Assembly: GCA_964617145.1 (NCBI GenBank)
Contig: CAZTVN010000003.1
Span: 1-41,506 of the forward strand
From: an uncultured Candidatus Peribacteria bacterium
GTDB lineage: Bacteria > Patescibacteriota > Gracilibacteria > UBA1369 > JACRIC01
DNA length: 41,506 nt
Direction of reading: 5' to 3'
Shown: piece after piece, positions 36,754 through 41,506 of the stretch
Position numbering within the stretch: the stretch's first letter is position 1
How the letters are laid out: every line of letters starts with the position of its first letter
Notes under the pieces: model-generated
What the model was told of the DNA's origin: nothing
The model's input: the letters and a program-made list of their open reading frames with translations, nothing else
Database searches by the model: none
Position numbers and translations under genes: made by a program

Positions 36754-37527
36754 TCATTCGACAGTTATTTTTTTAAAAAACTCTATCAATCCATATAAAA
36801 GTGGAATGTGGAGCAAGTATATGACAAGAGCGTATTTTGAGAAAAACTGAAATATTTTCGGAGTAATGCGTGATATTTTCTCTGAATTTTTCCATCTTCT
36901 TTTTCCTCCAGGATATAAAAAGTGTCCAAGCAATATTCCCAGTGTTGGAAGAGTTATCCAAGGGAAAATAGGGAAATAATCAATGGTTTGAAAATTTTGC
37001 ACTTTAAATCCAAAAATGAGTAAAAGAGGGAACGATGTTTCTACTTCCTGAAATATTTTTCCGAGTCCGAAACCGATCAAGGCTATTATTTTGAGTGTTT
37101 TCTTTTTCTCTACGAAGAAACTTAAAAAATAACTTGATACGGCTATAAAATGCAGGACTCCAAATCGAACATAGAGATCTCCTATAAATATTCGCGTTGC
37201 TAAAGTCACGAAAATAGCACTGAGCAATATGATTTTTGATCGGTTCCATTGTCTAAAATAAAAAGCGTTTTTCGATATGCCCTTTGCGCGAATTTTATTA
37301 TATGAAATTGCCATGCATACTCCCACCAAAATCAGAAAAGAAAACTGTACAAATCTTGCGAGTAACAGAAAGCCACCTTCGTACATTTCGTAATTTCGTA
37401 TTTCAAGAAAATCCAGCAGAAAGAAAAAATGAAAAATAATCATGCCTATTACGGCCAATGTTCTCAATATGTCGATTTCTTCAAAGCGCTCGTCTGTTTG
37501 GTTTATTTTCTTGTGATTTTTTTTCAC
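36754..37527 (-). CDS. DUF1624 / heparan-alpha-glucosaminide N-acetyltransferase-like membrane acyltransferase
   Basis: 257 aa, multi-pass membrane protein. The N-terminal EIDILRTLAVIGMIIFHF resembles the DUF1624 signature. Confidence 0.55.
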   Translation of the reverse strand: MKKNHKKINQTDERFEEIDILRTLAVIGMIIFHFFFLLDFLEIRNYEMYEGGFLLLARFVQFSFLILVGVCMAISYNKIRAKGISKNAFYFRQWNRSKIILLSAIFVTLATRIFIGDLYVRFGVLHFIAVSSYFLSFFVEKKKTLKIIALIGFGLGKIFQEVETSFPLLLIFGFKVQNFQTIDYFPIFPWITLPTLGILLGHFLYPGGKRRWKNSEKISRITPKIFQFFSKYALVIYLLHIPLLYGLIEFFKKITVE

Positions 37528-37568
37528 CTTTATTATAATAGACTCACTTTTATTTATTTTCTCTCATC

Positions 37569-38369
37569 ATGGCTGCAAAATCAAATAAAGCTCTTATCTC
37601 AGGTATTGTTGGAAGTGCCGTTTTAATTTCTGCTTCACTTGTTTTCGTTGGAGTTGTTATGCTCAACGGGGTAAAAGTGAAAAGTTTTGAGAATGGTTTG
37701 TTTGCTCAAGAACTCAAAGCAGCGATTGAAACTCTCAATAATGAAGATCCTCAAGCAAAGACTCAAAATGATCAAGATCAAGTCGTGAGGACAATTCCTT
37801 CAGACAGTGTCATGCCAGTTTCTGCGAAAGATGATCATATTTTGGGTGAATCCGATTCTCCTATTTCAGTTATTGAATATTCTGATTTTGAATGTCCTTG
37901 GTGTAAAAAATTTCATCAAGATGGCACTCCGAAGAAAATAGTTGACGCATACAAAGGCAAAGTAAATTTTGTTTATCGACATTTTGTAGCTGTAACTGGT
38001 CATAATCCATTAGCAACTCAAGAAGCACAAGCCAGTGAATGTGCTTCAGCACTTGGAGGAAATGATGCTTTCTGGAAATACCATGATGCACTTTTTGCTC
38101 GTACCACTTCAAATGGCAATGGCTTAAAATTAGAAGATTTAAGCACGATTGCCACTGAGACAGGTCTGAATACATCATCTTTTGATACATGTTTTCAAAG
38201 TGAAAAATATGCTTCAATCGTTGAAGAGGATATGAAAAGCGGAGCGAAAGTAGGAGTAGGGGGAACTCCTGGAACCGTTGTTATCAACAATGAAACTGGT
38301 GAGGCTTATCTTGTAAAAGGTGCTCAACCTTTTGAAACTTTCAAAGATGTTGTAGAACAATTGCTTTAA
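37569..38369 (+). CDS. DsbA-like thioredoxin-fold thiol:disulfide oxidoreductase, membrane anchored
   Basis: 266 aa. N-terminal TM segment and active site SDFECPWCKKFH. Confidence 0.8.
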   Translation: MAAKSNKALISGIVGSAVLISASLVFVGVVMLNGVKVKSFENGLFAQELKAAIETLNNEDPQAKTQNDQDQVVRTIPSDSVMPVSAKDDHILGESDSPISVIEYSDFECPWCKKFHQDGTPKKIVDAYKGKVNFVYRHFVAVTGHNPLATQEAQASECASALGGNDAFWKYHDALFARTTSNGNGLKLEDLSTIATETGLNTSSFDTCFQSEKYASIVEEDMKSGAKVGVGGTPGTVVINNETGEAYLVKGAQPFETFKDVVEQLL

Positions 38370-38382
38370 GCATATTAAGTCT

Positions 38383-38925
38383 ATGAAATATTCCAAGCAC
38401 GAACTCAAAAAACTTGAAAAGCAGGTTGGATCGAAAGAAGAACTCAATAGATTGTTACGAAATCAGGCTTTGAAATCTTCTTTTGGTATTGGAATAAGCA
38501 TTATTGTTTCTATTGGACTTGTTGCCCTTATTATCTACGCAATATTGAGTCGCTCTTCTTATAAACCGTATTCTTCGGGTCCTGTCCACTGGCATACGAA
38601 GTTAGCCTATAATCTTTGCGGTGATCGAACTTTTTTGCCTGAAGCTGTGGAGGGTCACGGATGGCTTGTTCATGGCCATATGGATAATGAGATACACATC
38701 GAAGGCACTATAGGCAGTGAAGATGATATTCGTTTGAAACGATATTTTGAGAATTTCCAGATTCCTTTTGGACCCGATCGCATCGGACCGTATAAAAATG
38801 GTGATGTATGTCCTTCAACCGGAGTTCCCGGAAAATTGAAAGTTCTCATTAATGGAAAAGAAGAAGCTGATTTTTTCAATCATGTGATGAAAGATGGAGA
38901 TAAAGCAGAAATTATTTTTGAGTAA
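38383..38925 (+). CDS. Membrane-anchored His-rich hypothetical protein
   Basis: 180 aa. One TM segment. His clusters VHWH and EGHGWLVHGHMDNEIHIEG. Confidence 0.5.
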   Translation: MKYSKHELKKLEKQVGSKEELNRLLRNQALKSSFGIGISIIVSIGLVALIIYAILSRSSYKPYSSGPVHWHTKLAYNLCGDRTFLPEAVEGHGWLVHGHMDNEIHIEGTIGSEDDIRLKRYFENFQIPFGPDRIGPYKNGDVCPSTGVPGKLKVLINGKEEADFFNHVMKDGDKAEIIFE

Positions 38926-38950
38926 AAATATACGAGTTATACAATTCTTG

Positions 38951-39155
38951 AGTACGTAAAATTACGGTACAGGTGTCGAAGTATTCTTAGAAAAACACGA
39001 GAATAGTTTGGCTCAAAACCCGATTCGTCGCTTAAAAAATGCAAAACCGGAATTTTGCATTTTTTAAGGAGTGACTCATCGCATTTTGACAGCCAAACAA
39101 TCTCTATAGTTTTTCTTAAGAATCTTCCACACCTGTGCCGTAAAAACCCTGTACT
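38951..39155 (+). repeat. Long rod hairpin element (205 nt), divergent family-1 member
   Basis: The 35-nt arms 38962-38996 and 39109-39143 pair with 2 mismatches and 2 single-nt indels, and end in GAAAAAC / GTTTTTC. The central 16-bp perfect hairpin is 39031-39046/39053-39068. gtttggct/agccaaac also pair. Confidence 0.7.
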
Positions 39156-39214
39156 TACCATCGTGAAACTCTAAAATTGGCTTTTTAAAAGGTTTTTTTC
39201 GTGTTACAATTGCA

Positions 39215-39574
39215 TTGATGAAAACTTTCAAACATGTTTTATACACATTTTTGCCTACTACGCTTTCTTTGCTGATTTTTTCGGGCTTTTTTTTGCATTC
39301 TTTTCATGTGCTGCCACCTTTAACCAGTGAGCTTAAGCTTCTCAACACCCAAAATGTTTGTTGTACGCAGTGTCCACAGGAAAATGAATGTGTATCCGAC
39401 TCAAAAAGTCATCAGATTGATATTCTGAATGTACCGTTTCAGCATGATATTGATTTTAAGCCTTATTCGTCAAGGTCAGACATAAAAACGACTTTTGAAG
39501 TTCCTGAACGTTCTTTACTTACATTATTTGCTTTTAAGACGCCATTTTATCTCTCTGAAATACAGAGAGAATGA
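39215..39574 (+). CDS. Small Cys-containing membrane protein, hypothetical
   Basis: 119 aa (the ATG at 39218 is the likelier start). One TM segment and a CCTQCPQENEC motif. Confidence 0.45.
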   Translation: MMKTFKHVLYTFLPTTLSLLIFSGFFLHSFHVLPPLTSELKLLNTQNVCCTQCPQENECVSDSKSHQIDILNVPFQHDIDFKPYSSRSDIKTTFEVPERSLLTLFAFKTPFYLSEIQRE

Positions 39575-39676
39575 TTGTTTCGTAAGCTTTCGATTTTTCA
39601 CTGTACCTATCGCTTAAGCGAAAATTTCAGTGAATTTTAATCGTTGATTTTTAGTGTATTTTTTCATTTTATGTTT

Positions 39677-40186
39677 ATGAAACCATCTCGAATTGTCCTT
39701 TTCTCTCTTCTTCTCATTTCTGCTTTTGTCTTGCTTGCTGGGTGCAATAGCAATACTGATGCCTCTAAAGCACTTTCACTCAAAGATAAACAAAGTAATG
39801 GTTTTGTCACTATTTCCCAAAATAATCTTGACCTTGGGGACATCCCTATTTTTGGAGGCAAAGTGACAACAAAGTTTAGTTTTCGAAATGATGGTGATGA
39901 AGCGCTTGTTATTCTTGATGGAGTGTCAAGTTGTATGTGTACCGAAGCTCAGATCAAAGCATCTGTTCTTTCCCCTAAGATTGTTATGCCAGGGCATGGA
40001 GGATCTATTTCTCCTATTGATGAAGTTTTTGAACCAGGTGAAGAAGCTGAGCTTATAGCGACTTTTGATCCTCTTGCTCATGGGCCCAATGCTCTCGGTC
40101 CGATAATGCGAGATATTACACTTCGTACGACTTCTTCCAAAACTCCTCAAGTTAAATTTGTTTTTCAAGGTAATGTTACTCAATAA
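39677..40186 (+). CDS. DUF1573 domain lipoprotein
   Basis: The ORF track starts at 39644, but the ATG at 39677 gives MKPSRIVLFSLLLISAFVLLAGC (lipobox). DUF1573-like FSFRNDGDEALVI and the SSCMCT motif. Confidence 0.7.
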   Translation: MKPSRIVLFSLLLISAFVLLAGCNSNTDASKALSLKDKQSNGFVTISQNNLDLGDIPIFGGKVTTKFSFRNDGDEALVILDGVSSCMCTEAQIKASVLSPKIVMPGHGGSISPIDEVFEPGEEAELIATFDPLAHGPNALGPIMRDITLRTTSSKTPQVKFVFQGNVTQ

Positions 40187-40189
40187 TTT

Positions 40190-40657
40190 ATGATTTCTTT
40201 TGTTCGAAAATATTTTGGATGGTTGGTCAGTCTTTTGCTTATTTTTCTTGCTAGTATCTCAATTTTTGTTCGTTTCGAAATGAGTATTCAAACTCAACAC
40301 ACCGAACTGAATACAAGCTCTATTTCTTTGATAGATTCTACTTCATTTGATTTTGGTGTTATTCCTCGTGATCGCAAAGTCGAACATATTTTTTCTCTTC
40401 AGAATCCGGATTCTACTCCGTTAGAAATTAAAAAAATTGTTACTTCTTGTGGTTGCACTACGGCAGAACCTTTTATTGATGAGAAAAAACAAACTATGCC
40501 TTTTACGCTTGCTTCTGGTTCTACTTCTCAAATTCGCGTTATTTTTGACCCTCTAGCCCATGATTCACGCGGCGATACTTATAGAGCTGTACGCATAGAA
40601 ACCAACCATCCTCAAAATCCTTTTATAGTTATCAATCTTCACGCTTATGTCCAATGA
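40190..40657 (+). CDS. DUF1573 domain protein, membrane anchored
   Basis: 155 aa. TM anchor. FSLQNPDSTPLEIKKIVTSCGCTT is the canonical DUF1573 CGC block. Confidence 0.7.
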   Translation: MISFVRKYFGWLVSLLLIFLASISIFVRFEMSIQTQHTELNTSSISLIDSTSFDFGVIPRDRKVEHIFSLQNPDSTPLEIKKIVTSCGCTTAEPFIDEKKQTMPFTLASGSTSQIRVIFDPLAHDSRGDTYRAVRIETNHPQNPFIVINLHAYVQ

Positions 40658-41291
40658 AATTACTTTTTCTGTCGTTACGATAAATGGCCTTATCGACTCT
40701 ATTAATCCTTGCGCTATTGGAGTTTTGATAGCAACGGTTGCGATCCTTTTTGCACTAGGAAATTATCGGCAACAGATTCTCCGATTTGGGTTCTTTTATA
40801 TTCTCTCTACTTATGTTACTTACCTTTTGATAGGACTTGGCATTTTAAAGGCAATACATCTTTTTGGCGTCCATAATTTCTTTGGCTGGCTTTCTGCTGT
40901 CGTCCTTATTCTTATGGGTTTGTGGCAACTTTTTCGTTCTGCCTGCATCGTACCAAAGCATATGCCGAAAGAGGCTACTATTCTGTCCGGCGTTTTTTTG
41001 GGATTTCTTGTAGGACTCTGTGAATTTCCTTGCTCTGGAGGTATCTATCTTGCGACTGTTGGCTTTATTGGCCTTCGCGAAACCTTTTTCTCAGGGCTTC
41101 TTTTGCTCATGTGGTACAACTTCATGTTCGTCTTGCCGATCCTTGCTCTTTTTCTTATTGCCTACAATCTTTCCGCAGCTAAAATGATCTCCGAATTAGT
41201 CGGAAAATTTGGTGCTCGTGCTCGATACTTTAGCGCTGCTGCTATGATCATCATAGGGATTCTTCTCTTGAGTTGGCTTATTTTTCGTTAG
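40647..41291 (+). CDS. CcdA/DsbD-family transmembrane thiol-disulfide electron transporter
   Basis: 214 aa, about 6 TM helices. Membrane-embedded Cys motifs SINPCAIG and EFPCSGG. Overlaps the upstream gene by 11 nt. Confidence 0.65.
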   Translation: MSNEITFSVVTINGLIDSINPCAIGVLIATVAILFALGNYRQQILRFGFFYILSTYVTYLLIGLGILKAIHLFGVHNFFGWLSAVVLILMGLWQLFRSACIVPKHMPKEATILSGVFLGFLVGLCEFPCSGGIYLATVGFIGLRETFFSGLLLLMWYNFMFVLPILALFLIAYNLSAAKMISELVGKFGARARYFSAAAMIIIGILLLSWLIFR

Positions 41292-41337
41292 AATTTCAGT
41301 AGAAAGTTGGTTTTCCAAAGGATCTTAGACTATTGTT

Positions 41338-41371
41338 AAGAGGCCTCGCGAATAAATTCGCGAGGCCTCTT
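41338..41371 (+). terminator. Perfect 15-bp stem hairpin downstream of the CcdA-like gene
   Basis: aagaggcctcgcgaa, loop taaa, ttcgcgaggcctctt. There is no clean T-tract afterwards. Confidence 0.55.
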
Positions 41372-41440
41372 ATACTAAATCCTTACTGCCGGAGACTTGC
41401 TCTTACTTATATCTCCACCTGCTCAATACGAATTTTGAGT

Positions 41441-41506
41441 TGAGGAGGGTCTAAGGAGGTGCTGAAAAACATACCATCTACTGCAATTTTACCATTTCGG
41501 CTGCAA
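41441..41506. repeat. Left half of a family-1 hairpin repeat (AAGGAGGTG-CTGAAAAAC end), truncated by the window end
   Basis: gaggagggtctAAGGAGGTGCTGAAAAACataccatctactgcaattttaccatttcggctgcaa. It aligns with 14328-14372 and with the reverse complements of 952-1025 and 1-52. Confidence 0.7.

Overview
Gene-dense, AT-rich (mid-30s % GC by eye) bacterial chromosomal segment that reads cleanly with the standard genetic code. It holds about 39 credible CDS and one tRNA-Phe(GAA). Coding content, in order: comF, a GT4 glycosyltransferase, an alanine-aminotransferase-like enzyme with a long N-terminal extension, dnaX, a folC-like ligase, ligA, a 4-gene ORFan operon (one product has an SLT/lytic-transglycosylase-like motif), sortase, mnmA, a Rel/SpoT homologue with a C-terminal 4-TM tail, ychF, a lone aroD, an ECF sigma/anti-sigma pair plus a secreted coiled-coil protein and an SLH protein, a GldA/F/G-like ABC system with a DUF4340-like protein, a lipoprotein, an O-antigen-ligase/TPR protein, a truncated his cluster (hisG, hisH, hisA::hisF fusion, hisIE) behind a TrpR/YerC-like gene, and a thiol-disulfide cluster (DsbA-like, two DUF1573, CcdA-like). 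The patchy metabolism, many ORFans and envelope repertoire fit a CPR/Patescibacteria-like organism, which is inference only. I saw no integrase, transposase, CRISPR array, rRNA or phage structural genes. The most unusual property is non-coding. Nearly every intergenic spacer longer than about 80 bp carries a long near-perfect hairpin (rod-like) repeat. Family 1 has CTGAAAAAC...GTTTTTCAG arms, often extended to AAGGAGG.../...CCTCCTT. It has short members (952-1025, 6063-6143), long members (14321-14485, 24387-24546, 38951-39155), and two members sharing a conserved core with compensatory stem changes (21186-21346 and 36523-36737). The last has 14-bp TIRs and an 8-bp flanking direct repeat, so it looks like a MITE insertion. 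Family 2 is a TAGGGCCTGTGCACACAAAG box (866, 19364) that also forms 25-bp perfect inverted repeats around a 275-bp GC-richer multi-hairpin element (31843-32117). That element engulfs the start codon of the O-antigen-ligase-like gene. The two ends of the window are complementary halves of one family-1 hairpin, which suggests a circular permutation, a TIR-bounded segment or an assembly break at a palindrome. None of these elements matches an RNA or repeat family I can name from memory. All structural claims come from reading the sequence by eye and need computational confirmation.
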